A stretch of DNA of 64,000 nucleotides, taken from contig CP086569.2 of the NCBI GenBank assembly GCA_009914755.4, positions 30,880,001 through 30,944,000 of the forward strand, in the 5' to 3' direction. A program made the position numbers and the translations under genes. The first letter of the stretch is position 1; each line of letters starts with the position of its first letter. Positions 14,230 to 26,469 of the stretch are shown here, piece after piece. The DNA is from the human T2T-CHM13v2.0 reference genome, Homo sapiens. The notes beneath the pieces were generated by a model, which saw only the letters and a program-made list of their open reading frames with translations, was not told the origin of the DNA and made no database searches.

Positions 14230-17200
14230 ATGGAATCGAATGGAAAGGACTCGAATGGAAATCACTCGAATAGAATGCAATTTAATAAAATAGGATCAAA
14301 TGTAATGGAATGGAATGGAAAGGAATCGAAACGAAAGGAATGGAGACAGATGGAACGGAATGGAACAGAGAGCAATGGCATAGAATGGAATGGAATCATC
14401 TGGAATGGAATTGAATGGAATGGAATAATATGAAATGGAATGGAATGGAATGGAATGGAATGCCCTTGAATTAAATGGACTGGACTCGAACAGAGTGGAA
14501 TGGAAAGTGTTGAGATAGAATGGAATGGACTCCTTTGGAATGGTCTAGTATGCAATGCAATCGACGGGCAGGGAATCAAAAGGAATGTAATGGAATGGAT
14601 AGGACTGGAATGCAATGGACTCGAATAGATTGGAAAAGGAATGCAAAGGAATGTAATGGAATAATATGGAATGGAAAGAAATGGAATGGAAAGGATTCGA
14701 ATGGAATGCAATCGAATGGAATGGAATCGAACGGAATAGAATAAAATGGAAGAAAACTGCCAAGAAATGGAATCGAAATGAATGGAGTGTTATGGAAGGG
14801 ACTCAAAAGGAATTGAATGTAATAGAATGGAGTGGAGTGGAGTCGAATATAATGGACTGGAATGGAATGAAATCACATGGAATGGGAACGAATGGAATGG
14901 AATGGAAAGGAATGGAATCGAATGGAAAGGAATCGAATAGAAGGGAATGAAATTGAATCAACAGGAATGGAAGGGAATAGAATAGGCTGTAATGGAATGG
15001 ACTCGAATAGAATGGACACGAAGGCTCAAATTAAATGGACTCGAATGGAATGGAAACGAAAGGAATGTCATCGAATGGAATTGAATCGATTGGAATGAAA
15101 TCGCATAGAATGGAGTGGAATCAAATGGAATTGAATCGAAAGGAAAGGAAGCGAATGGACTGAAACGAAATGGAATGGAATTGAATGGAAAGTAATGCAA
15201 TGGAATAGAATGGAACGAAATTTCACGGAATGGAATCAAACTGAATGGAATCAAATCAATGGAATCAAATCAAATGGAATGGAAAGGAATTGAATGGAGT
15301 AGATTGGATTGGATGGGATTGGAATGAAATGTACTGGAAAGGACTCGAATTTCATGAAACGGAATGGAATGAATTGGAACGGAATGGACTCGAATGGAAT
15401 GGAATGTCATGGAATGGCATCAAATGGAATGGCATCAAATGGAATGGAATCGAATGCAATGGAATGCTATGGAATGGAATGGAATGCATTGGAATGGAAT
15501 GTCCTCTAATGGAATGGATTCGAGTGGAATGGAATCGAATATAATGGAGTCGAATGAAATGGAATTGAAAGGAATGGGATCGAATACAATGGAATATACT
15601 GGAATGTAACGTAATGAACTCGAATGTAATTGACTGGAATGGAATGTACATGAATGGAATGTAATTGAATGGAAAGTAATCCAATGGAATAGAATCTAAT
15701 GCAATAAAATCGACTCAGATAGAGTAGAATGTAATGGAATGGAGTGCAGTGCAATGGAATGGAACGGAATGGAATGCAATGGAATGGAATGGAATGGGAT
15801 GGAATGGAATGGAATGGAATGGGATGGAATTGTATGGAATGGATAGTAATGGACTGGAGTGAAATGGACTGGAAAGGAATGGACTCAAATTGAAAGGGCT
15901 CGAAAGGAATGGAGTCAAATGGAATGGTCTGGAATGGAATGAACACGAATGTAATGCAACCCAATAGAATGGAATCGAATGGCATGGAATATAAAGAAAT
16001 GGAATCGAAGAGAATGGAAACAAATGGAATGGAATTGAATGGAATGGAATTGAATGGAATGGGAACGAATGGAGTGAAATTGTATGCAGTAGAAGAGAAT
16101 AGAATGGAATGCAAGCGAAAGGAAAGGAATGGATTGGAATGGAATGGAATTCATTGGAATGGAAGGGAATGTAGTGTAATGGACAGGCCTGGAATAAAGT
16201 GGAATGATACGGTCTCGAATGGAATAAAAATGTATGGAATGGAATGCAATGAAACGGAATCGAATGTCATAGAATGTAATGGAATGCAAAAAAATGGAAT
16301 CCAAAATCATTGACTGGAAAGGCTGGGTGTCGAAAGGAATTGACTCCAATGGAATGGAATCGAATGGAATGGAAGTGAATAGAATCGAACTAAATCGAAT
16401 GGAATGGAATTGATAGGAACGGAATGGAAAGGAATGCAATGATTTGGCATGGAATGGAATCGAATGGCATCGAATGGAATGGAATGGAATGCAATGGAAT
16501 GGAATGTATTAGAATGTAATGAACTTTAATGGAATGTACTCGAATGGATTCGACTGGAATGGAATGTTCTGGAAGTAAATGGACTCCAATGGAATGGATT
16601 CAAAAGGAATGGAATCGTACGGAATGGAATCTAATGGAATGGAATTAAATGGAAATGAATCAAATTGAATAGCACGGAATTGAATTGAATGGAATGGAAT
16701 GCAATGGAATCTAATGAAACGGAAAGGAAAGGAATGGAATGGAATGGAATGGGCTGGAATGGAAAGGAATCGAAACGAATGGAATGGAATCGAACTGAAG
16801 AGACTGGAATGGAATGCACTGGAATGGAAGGGAGTGTAATGGAAGGTTCTCGAAAAAAATGGAATCGAATGGAATGCAATTGAATGGAACGGAATAGAGT
16901 CGAATGCAATTGAATGGAATGGAATGGACTAGAGTGAAATGGAATCGAACCACAAGGAATGGACAGGAATAGAATGGTCTCGAATTGAATGGAATAGTAT
17001 GGAATGGCATCAAACGGAATGGAATGGACAGCCACGGAATGGAATGCACTCGAATGCAATGGAGTCGAAACTAATGGACTGGAATAGAATGGACTCGACT
17101 GGTACGGACTCCAGTGGAATGGAATCGAATGGAAGGGAATCGAACGGAATGGACTCGAAGGGAAAAGACTGCAATGGAAAGGTCTCGAATGGAATGGAAA

Positions 17201-17343
17201 TTAATGGAATGGAATGGAATCGAATGAAATGGAGTCAAAAGGAATGGAATCGAATGGCAAGAAATCGAATGTAAAGGAATCGCAAGGAATTGATGTGAAC
17301 GGAACGGAATGGAATGGAATCCAAAGGAATGGAATAGAATGGA
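14230..17343 (+). repeat. HOR unit 5 (3114 bp; carries a ~450 bp internal deletion)
   Basis: Landmark at 14230. The next, mutated landmark ('atggaatcgaatgCaaaggactcg') is at 17344. GGCC at 16187–16190 lies only ~1957 bp after the landmark, against ~2401 bp in full units. Around 14640–14670 the sequence jumps from unit offset ~435 ('…gactcgaatagattggaaaaggaatgcaaaggaatg') directly to offset ~890 ('…aatggaatggaaaggattcgaatggaatgcaatcg'). Confidence 0.8.
14640..14670. other. Breakpoint of a ~450 bp intra-unit deletion in unit 5
   Basis: Direct comparison of 14581–14700 with 421–500 and 921–990 of unit 1. Sequence from offset ~435 is followed directly by sequence from offset ~890. Confidence 0.65.
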
Positions 17344-19460
17344 ATGGAATCGAATGCAAAGGACTCGAATGGAAATCACTCGAATAGAATGCAATTTAAT
17401 AAAATAGGATCAAATATAATGGAATGGAATGGAAAGGAATCGAAACGAAAGGAATGGAGACAGATGGAATGGAATGGAACAGAGAGCAATGGTATAGAAT
17501 GGAATGGAATCATCTAGAATGTAATTGAATGGAATGGAATAATATGAAATGGAATGGAATGGAATGGAATGCCCTTGAATTAAATGGACTGGAATGGAAT
17601 GGACTCGAACAGAGTGGAATGGAAAGTGTTGAGATAGAATGGAATGGACTCCTTTGGAATGGTGTAGTATGCAATGCAATCGACTGACAGGGAATCAAAA
17701 GGAATGTAATCGAATGGATTGGACTGGAATGCAATGGACTCGAATAGATTGGAAACGGAATGCAAAGGAATGGAATGGAATAGTATGGAATGGAATGGAA
17801 AGGAATGGAGTGGAATAGACTAGAGTGGAATGGAATGGACTCGAAAGCAATGGACTGGAATGGAACTTTCTTGAATGGACTGGAACCAAACGGAATGGAA
17901 TGCAATGCAATCAAATGGCATGGAATAAGATAGAATGAAAGAGAATCAAATGGAATTGAATGGAATGGAATCGAATGGATTGGAAAGGAATAGAATGGAA
18001 TGGAATGGAATTGACTCAAATGGAATGGACTAGAATGGAATGGATTCGAATGGAAGGCAAAGGAATGGAATCTATTGGAATGGACTGTAATGGAATGCAA
18101 TGGAAGGGATTGGAATGGACTCGAATGGAATGGACTGCAATAGAAAGGATTCGAATGGAATGAAAAAGAATTGAATGGAATAGAACAGAATGGAATCAAA
18201 TCGAATGAAATGGAATGGAATAGAAAGGAATGGAATGAAATGGAATGGAAAGGATTCGAATGGAATGCAATCGAATGGAATGGAATCGAACGGAATGGAA
18301 TAAAATGGAAGAAAACTGGCAAGAAATGGAATCGAAATGAATGGAGTGTTATGGAACGGACTCAAAAGGAATTGAATGTAATAGAATGGAGTGGAGTGGA
18401 CTCGAATATAATGGACTGGAATGGAATGAAATCACATGGAAAGGGAAAGAATGGAATGGAATGGAAAGGAATGGAATTGAATGGAAAGCAATCGAACGGA
18501 AGGGAATGAAATTGAATCAACAGGAATGGAAGGGAATAGAATAGACGGTAATGGAATGGACTCTAATAGAATGGACACGAATGCTCAAATTGATTGGACT
18601 CGAATGGAATGGATACGAAAGGAATGTCATCGAATGGAATTGAATCGATTGGAATGAAATTGCATAGAATGGAGTGGAATCAAATGGAATTGAATCGAAA
18701 GGAAAGGAAGCGAATGGACTGAAATGAAATGGAATGGAATTGAATGGAAAGTAATGCAATGGAATAGAATGGAACGAAATTTCACGGAATGGAATCAAAC
18801 TGAATGGAATCAAATCAATGGAATCAAATCAAATGGAATGGAAAGGAATTGAATGGAGTAGATGGGATTGGATGAGATTGGAATGAAATGTACCGGAAAG
18901 GACTCGAATTTCATGAAACGGAATGGAATGAATTGGAACGGAATGGACACGAATGGAATGGAATGTCATGGAATGGCATCAAATGGAATGGCATCAAATG
19001 GAATGGAATCGAATGCAATGGAATGCTATGGAATGGAATGGAATGCATTGGAATGGAATGTCCTCTAATGGAATGGATTCGAGTGGAATGGAATCGAATA
19101 TAATGGAGTCGAATTAAATGGAATTGAAAGGAATGGGACCGAATACAATGGAATATACTGGAATGTAATGTAATGAACTCGAATGTAATTGACTGGAATG
19201 GAATGTACATGAATGGAATGTAATCGAATGGAAAGTAATCCAATGGAATAGAATCTAATGCAATAAAATCGACTCAAATAGAGTAGAATGTAATGGAATG
19301 GAGTGCAGTGCAATGGAATGGAATGGAATGGAATGCAATGGAATGGAATGGAATGGAATGGAATGGGATGGAATGGGATGGAATGGATAGTAATGGACTG
19401 GAGTGAAATGGACTGGAAAGGAATGGACTCAAATGGAAAGGGCTCGAAAGGAATGGAGAC
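17344..19460 (+). repeat. HOR unit 6a: unit truncated at offset ~2.12 kb (left half of composite unit 6)
   Basis: Starts with the variant landmark (atgCaaagg). It runs collinear with full units up to '…aaagggctcgaaaggaatggag' (equivalent to 2160–2180 of unit 1). It lacks the canonical GGCC site, which would fall at offset ~2400. Confidence 0.75.
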
Positions 19461-19480
19461 AAATGGAATGGAATGGAACA
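19440..19480. other. Homology-mediated junction joining unit offset ~2130 to offset ~115. Creates composite unit 6.
   Basis: The junction reads '…aaagggctcgaaaggaatggagACAAatggaatggaatggaacagagagc…'. The left parent has 'ggaatggagTCAAatggaatggtctgg' (about 2180 of unit 1). The right parent has 'ggaatggagACAGatggaatggaatagaacagagagc' (about 165 of unit 1). The hybrid 'gagACAAatgg' sits inside ~20 bp of shared near-identity. Confidence 0.7.
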
Positions 19481-22400
19481 GAGAGCAATGGTATAGAATG
19501 GAATGGAATCATCTGGAATGGAATTGAATGGAATGGAATAATATGAAATGGAATGGAATGGAATGGAATGGAATGCCCTTGAATTAAATGGACTGGAATG
19601 GAATGGACTCGAACAGAGTGGAATGGAAAGTGTTGAGATAGAATGGAATGGACTCTTTTAGAATGGTCTAGTATGCAATGCAATCGACTGGCAGGGAATC
19701 AAAGGAATGTAATCGAATGGATTGGACTGGAATGCAATGGACTCGAATAGATTGGAAACGGAATGCAAAGGAATGGAATGGAATAGTATGGAATGGAATG
19801 GAAAGGAATGGAGTGGAATAGACTAGAGTGGAATGGAATGGCCTGGAAAGCAATGGACTGGAATGGAACTTTCTTGAATGGACTGGAATCAAACGGAATG
19901 GAATGCAATGCAATCAAATGGCATGGAATAAAATAGAATGAAAGAGAATCAAATGGAATTGAATCGAATGGAATCGAATGGATTGGAAAGGAATAGAATG
20001 GAATGGAATGGAATTGACTCAAATGGAATGGACTAGAATGGAATGGATTCGAATGGAAGGCAAAGGAATGGAATCTATTGGAATGGACAGTAATGGAATG
20101 GAATGGAAGGGATTGGAATGGACTCGAATGGAATGGACTGCAATAGAAAGGATTCGAATGGAATGAAAAAGAATTGAATGGAATAGAACAGAATGGAATC
20201 AAATCGAATGAAATGGAATGGAATAGAAAGGAATGGAATGAAATGGAATGGAAAGGATTCGAATGGAATGCAATCGAATGGAATGGAATCGAACGGAATG
20301 GAATAAAATGGAAGAAAACTGGCAAGAAATGGAATCGAAATGAATGGAGTGTTATGGAACGGACTCAAAAGGAATTGAATGTAATAGAATGGAGTGGAGT
20401 GGACTCGAATATAATGGACTGGAATGGAATGAAATCACATGGAATGGGAACGAATGGAATGGAATGGAAAGGAATGGAATCGAATGGAAAGGAATCGAAT
20501 GGAAGGGAATGAAATTGAATCAACAGGAATGGAAGGGAATAGAATAGACGGTAATGGAATGGACTCGAATAGAATGGACACGAATGCTCAAATTAAATGG
20601 ACTCGAATGGAATGGAAACGAAAAGAATGTCATCGAATGGAATTGAATCGATTGGAATGAAATCGCATAGAATGGAGTGGAATCAAATGGAATTGAATCG
20701 AAAGGAAAGGAAGCGAATGGACTGAAATGAAATGGAATGGAATTGAATGGAAAGTAATGCAATGGAATAGAATGGAACGAAATTTCACGGAATGGAATCA
20801 AACTGAATGGAATCAAATCAATGGAATCAAATCAAATGGAATGGAAAGGAATTGAATGGAGTAGATTGGATTGGATGGGATTGGAATGAAATGTACTGGA
20901 AAGGACTCGAATTTCATGAAACGGAATGGAATGAATTGGAACGGAATGGACTCGAATGGAATGGAATGTCATGGAATGGCATCAAATGGAATGGCATCAA
21001 ATGGAATGGAATCGAATGCAATGGAATGCTATGGAATGGAATGGAATGCATTGGAATGGAATGTCCTCTAATGGAATGGATTCGAGTGGAATGGAATCGA
21101 ATATAATGGAGTCGAATGAAATGGAATTGAAAGGAATGGGATCGAATACAATGGAATATACTGGAATGTAATGTAATGAACTCGAATGTAATTGACTGGA
21201 ATGGAATGTACATGAATGGAATGTAATCGAATGGAAAGTAATCCAATGGAATAGAATCTAATGCAATAAAATCGACTCAGATAGAGTAGAATGTAATGGA
21301 ATGGAGTGCAGTGCAATGGAATGGAATGGAATGGAATGCAATGGAATGGAATGGAATGGAATGGAATGGAATGGAATGGAATGGAATGGGATGGAATGGT
21401 ATGGAATGGATAGTAATGGACTGGAGTGAAATGGACTGGAAAGGAATGGACTCAAATTGAAAGGGCTCGAAAGGAATGGAGTCAAATGGAATGGTCTGGA
21501 ATGGAATGAACACGAATGTAATGCAATCCAATAGAATGGAATCGAATGGCATGGAATATAAAGAAATGGAATCGAAGAGAATGGAAACAAATGGAATGGA
21601 ATTGAATGGAATGGAATTGAATGGAATGGGAACGAATGGAGTGAAATTGTATGCAGTAGAAGGGAATAGAATGGAATGCAAGCGAAAGGAAAGGAATGGA
21701 TTGGAATGGAATGGAATTCATTGGAATGGAAGGGAATGTAGTGTAATGGACAGGCCTGGAATAAAGTGGAATGCTACGGTCTCGAATGGAATAAAAATGT
21801 ATGGAATGGAATGCAATGAAACGGAATCGAATGTCATAGAATGTAATGGAATGCAACAAAATGGAATCCAAAATCATTGACTGGAAAGGCTGGGTGTCGA
21901 AAGGAATTGACTCCAATGGAATGGAATCGAATGGAATGGAAGTGAATAGAATCGAACTAAATCGAATGGAATGGAATTGATAGGAACGGAATGGAAAGGA
22001 ATGCAATGATTTGGCATGGAATGGAATCGAATGGCATCGAATGGAATGGAATGGAATGCAATGGAATGGAATGTATTAGAATGGAATGAACTTTAATGGA
22101 ATGTACTCGAATGGATTCGACTGGAATGGAATGTTCTGAAAGTGAATGGACTCCAATGGAATGGATTCAAAAGGAATGGAATCGTACGGAATGGAATCTA
22201 ATGGAATGGAATTAAATGGAATTGAATCAAATTCAATAGCACGGAATTGAATTGAATGGAATGGAATGCAATGGAATCTAATGAAACGGAAAGGAAAGGA
22301 ATGGAATGGAATGGAATGGGCTGGAATGGAAAGGAATCGAAACGAATGGAATGGAATCGAACTGAAGAGACTGGAATGGAATGCACTGGAATGGAAGGGA

Positions 22401-22910
22401 GTGTAATGGAAGGTTCTCGAAAAAAATGGAATCGAATGGAATGGAATTGAATGGAACGGAATAGAGTCGAATGGAATTGAATGGAATGGAATGGACTAGA
22501 GTGAAATGGATTCGAACCACAAGGAATGGACAGGAATAGAATGGTCTCGAATTGAATGGAATCGTATGGAATGGCATCAAACGGAATGGAATGGACAGCC
22601 ACGGAATGGAATGCACTCGAATGCAATGGAGTCGAAACTAATGGACTGGAATAGAATGGACTCGACTGGTACGGACTCCAATGGAATGGAATCGAATGGA
22701 AGGGAATCGAACGGAATGGACTCGAAGGGAAAAGACTGCAATGGAAAGGTCTCGAATGGAATGGAAATTAATGGAATGGAATGGAATCGAATGAAATGGA
22801 GTCAAAAGGAATGGAATCGAATGGCAAGAAATCGAATGTAATGGAATCGCAAGGAATTGATGTGAACGGAACGGAATGGAATGGAATCCAAAGGAATGGA
22901 ATAGAATGGA
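19461..22910 (+). repeat. HOR unit 6b: unit restarting at offset ~115 (right half of composite unit 6). Composite total is 5567 bp.
   Basis: After the junction 'ggaatggagACAaatggaatggaatggaacagagagcaatggtatag', the sequence continues as offsets ~115 to 3558 of a normal unit. It has an extra variant GGCC at 19850–19853 ('aatggCctggaaagc' where other units have 'aatggActggaaagc'). Canonical GGCC at 21753–21756. Confidence 0.75.
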
Positions 22911-25900
22911 ATGGAATCGAATGGAAAGGACTCGAATGGAAATCACTCGAATAGAATGCAATTTAATAAAATAGGATCAAATGTAATGGAATGGAACGGA
23001 AAGGAATCGAAACGAAAGGAATGGAGACAGATGGAATGGAATGGAACAGAGAGCAATGGTATAGAATGGAATGGAATCATCTGGAATGGAATTGAATGGA
23101 ATGGAATAATATGAAATGGAATGGAATGGAATGGAATGGAATGCCCTTGAATTAAATGGACTGGAATGGAATGGACTCGAACAGAGTGGAATGGAAAGTG
23201 TTGAGATAGAATGGAATGGACTCCTTTGGAATGGTGTAGTATGCAATGCAATCGACTGGCAGGGAATCAAAAGGAATGTAATCGAATGGATTGGACTGGA
23301 ATGCAATGGACTCGAATAGATTGGAAACGGAATGCAAAGGAATGGAATGGAATAGTATGGAATGGAATGGAAAGGAATGGAGTGGAATAGACTAGAGTGG
23401 AATGGAATGGACTGGAAAGCAATGGACTGGAATGGAACTTTCTTGAATGGACTGGAATCAAACGGAATGGAATGCAATGCAATCAAATGGCATGGAATAA
23501 AATAGAATGAAAGAGAATCAAATGGAATTGAATCGAATGGAATCGAATGGATTGTAAAGGAATAGAATGGAATGGAATGGAATTGACTCAAATGGAATGG
23601 ATTAGAATGGAATGGATTCGAATGGAAGGCAAAGGAATGGAATCTATTGGAATGGACTGTAATGGAATGGAATGGAAGGGATTGGAATGGACTCGAATGG
23701 AATGGACTGCAATAGAAAGGATTCGAATGGAATGAAAAAGAATTGAATGGAATAGAACAGAATGGAATCAAATCGAATGAAATGGAATGGAATAGAAAGG
23801 AATGGAATGAAATGGAATGGAAAGGATTCGAATGGAATGCAATCGAATGGAATGGAATCGAACGGAATGGAATAAAATGGAAGAAAACTGGCAAGAAATG
23901 GAATCGAAATGAATGGAGTGTTATGGAACGGAGTCAAAAGGAATTGAATGTAATAGAATGGAGTGGAGTGGACTCGAATATAATGGACTGGAATGGAATG
24001 AAATCACATGGAATGGGAACGAATGGAATGGAATGGAAAGGAATGGAATCGAATGGAAAGGAATCGAATGGAAGGGAATGAAATTGAATCAACAGGAATG
24101 GAAGGGAATAGAATAGACTGTAATGGAATGGACTCGAATAGAATGGACACGAATGCTCAAATTGAATGGACTCGAATGGAATGGAAACGAAAGGAATGTC
24201 ATCGAATGGAATTGAATCGATTGGAATGAAATCGCATAGAATGGAGTGGAATCAAATGGAATTGAATCGAAAGGAAAGGAAGCGAATGGACTGAAATGAA
24301 ATGGAATGGAATTGAATGGAAAGTAATGCAATGGAATAGAATGGAACGAAATTTCACGGAATGGAATCAAACTGAATGGAATCAAATCAATGGAATCAAA
24401 TCAAATGGAATGGAAAGGAATTGAATGGAGTAGATTGGATTGGATGGGATTGGAATGAAATGTACTGGAAAGGACTCGAATTTCATGAAACGGAATGGAA
24501 TGAATTGGAACGGAATGGACTCGAATGGAATGGAATGTCATGGAATGGCATCAAATGGAATGGAATCAAATGGAATGGAATCGAATGCAATGGAATGCTA
24601 TGGAATGGAATGGAATGCATTGGAATGGAATGTCCTCTAATGGAATGGATTCGAGTGGAATGGAATCGAATATAATGGAGTCGAATGAAATGGAATTGAA
24701 AGGAATGGGATCGAATACAATGGAATATACTGGAATGTAATGTAATGAACTCGAATGTAATTGACTGGAATGGAATGTACATGAATGGAATGTAATCGAA
24801 TGGAAAGTAATCCAATGGAAGAGAATCTAATGCAATAAAATCGACTCAGATAGAGTAGAATGTAATGGAATGGAGTACAGTGCAATGGAATGGAATGGAA
24901 TGGAATGCAATTGAATGGAATGGAATGGAATGGAATGCAATGGAATGGGATGGAATGGTATGGAATGGATAGTAATGGACTGGAGTGAAATGGACTGGAA
25001 AGGAATGGACTCAAATTCAAAGGGCTCGAAAGGAATGGAGTCAAATGGAATGGTCTGGAATGGAATGAACACGAATGTAATGCAATCCAATAGAATGGAA
25101 TCGAATGGCATGGAATATAAAGAAATGGAATCGAAGAGAATGGAAACAAATGGAATGGAATTGAATGGAATGTAATTGAATGGAATGGGAATGAATGGAG
25201 TGAAATTGTATGCAGTAGAAGGGTATAGAATTGAATGCAAGCGAAAGGAAAGGAATGGATTGGAATGGAATGGAATTCATTGGAATGGAAGGGAATGTAG
25301 TGTAATGGACAGGCCTGGAATAAAGTGGAATGCTACGGTCTCGAATGGAATAAAAATGTATGGAATGGAATGCAATGAAACGGAATCGAATGTCATAGAA
25401 TGTAATGGAATGCAAAAAAATGGAATCCAAAATCATTGACTGGAAAGGCTGGGTGTCGAAAGGAATTGACTCCAATGGAATGGAATCGAATGGAATGGAA
25501 GTGAATAGAATCGAACTAAATCGAATGGAATGGAATTGATAGGAACGGAATGGAAAGGAATGCAATGATTTGGCATGGAATGCAATCGAATGGCATCGAA
25601 TGGAATGGAATGGAATGCAATGGAATGGAATGTATTAGAATGGAATGAACTTTAAAGGAATGTACTCGAATGGATTCGACTGGAATGGAATGTTCTGGAA
25701 GTGAATGGACTCCAATGGAATGGATTCAAAAGGAATGGAATCGTACGGAATGGAATCTAATGGAATGAAATTAAATGGAAATGAATCAAATTGAATAGCA
25801 CGGAATTGAATTGAATGGAATGGAATGCAATGGAATCTAATGAAACGGAAAGGAAAGGAATGGAATGGAATGGAATGGGCTGGAATGGAAAGGAATCGAA

Positions 25901-26469
25901 ACGAATGGAATGGAATCGAACTGAAGAGACTGGAATGGAATGCACTGGAATGGAAGGGAGTGTAATGGAAGGTTCTCGAAAAAAATGGAATCGAATGGAA
26001 TGGAATTGAATGGAACGGAATAGAGTCGAATGGAATGGAATGGAATGGAATGGACTAGAGTGAAATGGAATCGAACCACAAGGAATGGACAGGAATAGAA
26101 TGGTCTCGAATTGAATGGGATCGTATGGAATGGCATCAAACGGAATGGAATGGATAGCCACGGAATGGAATGCACTCGAATGCAATGGAGTCGAAACTAA
26201 TGGACTGGAATAGAATGGACTCGACTGGTACGGACTCCAATGGAATGGAATCGAATGGAAGGGAATCGAACGGAATGGACTCGAAGGGAAAAGACTGCAA
26301 TGGAAAGGTCTCGAATGGAATGGAAATTAATGGAATGGAATGGAATCGAATGAAATGGAGTCAAAAGGAATGGAATCGAATGGCAAGAAATCGAATGTAA
26401 TGGAATCGCAAGGAATTGATGTGAACGGAACGGAATGGAATGGAATCCAAAGGAATGGAATAGAATGGA
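22911..26469 (+). repeat. HOR unit 7 (3559 bp, variant A)
   Basis: Landmarks at 22911 and 26470. GGCC at 25312–25315. Nearly identical to unit 13 at offset +23331. Confidence 0.85.

Noticed and set aside
19440-19480. I considered whether the composite-unit junction could be an assembly or chimeric-read artefact.
   Set aside because: The identical junction, with the same flanking variant bases, occurs twice (19.46 kb and 39.23 kb) inside otherwise slightly diverged copies. That argues for a real, ancestrally duplicated structure. Collapse or mis-join in a satellite assembly cannot be fully excluded without read-level data.
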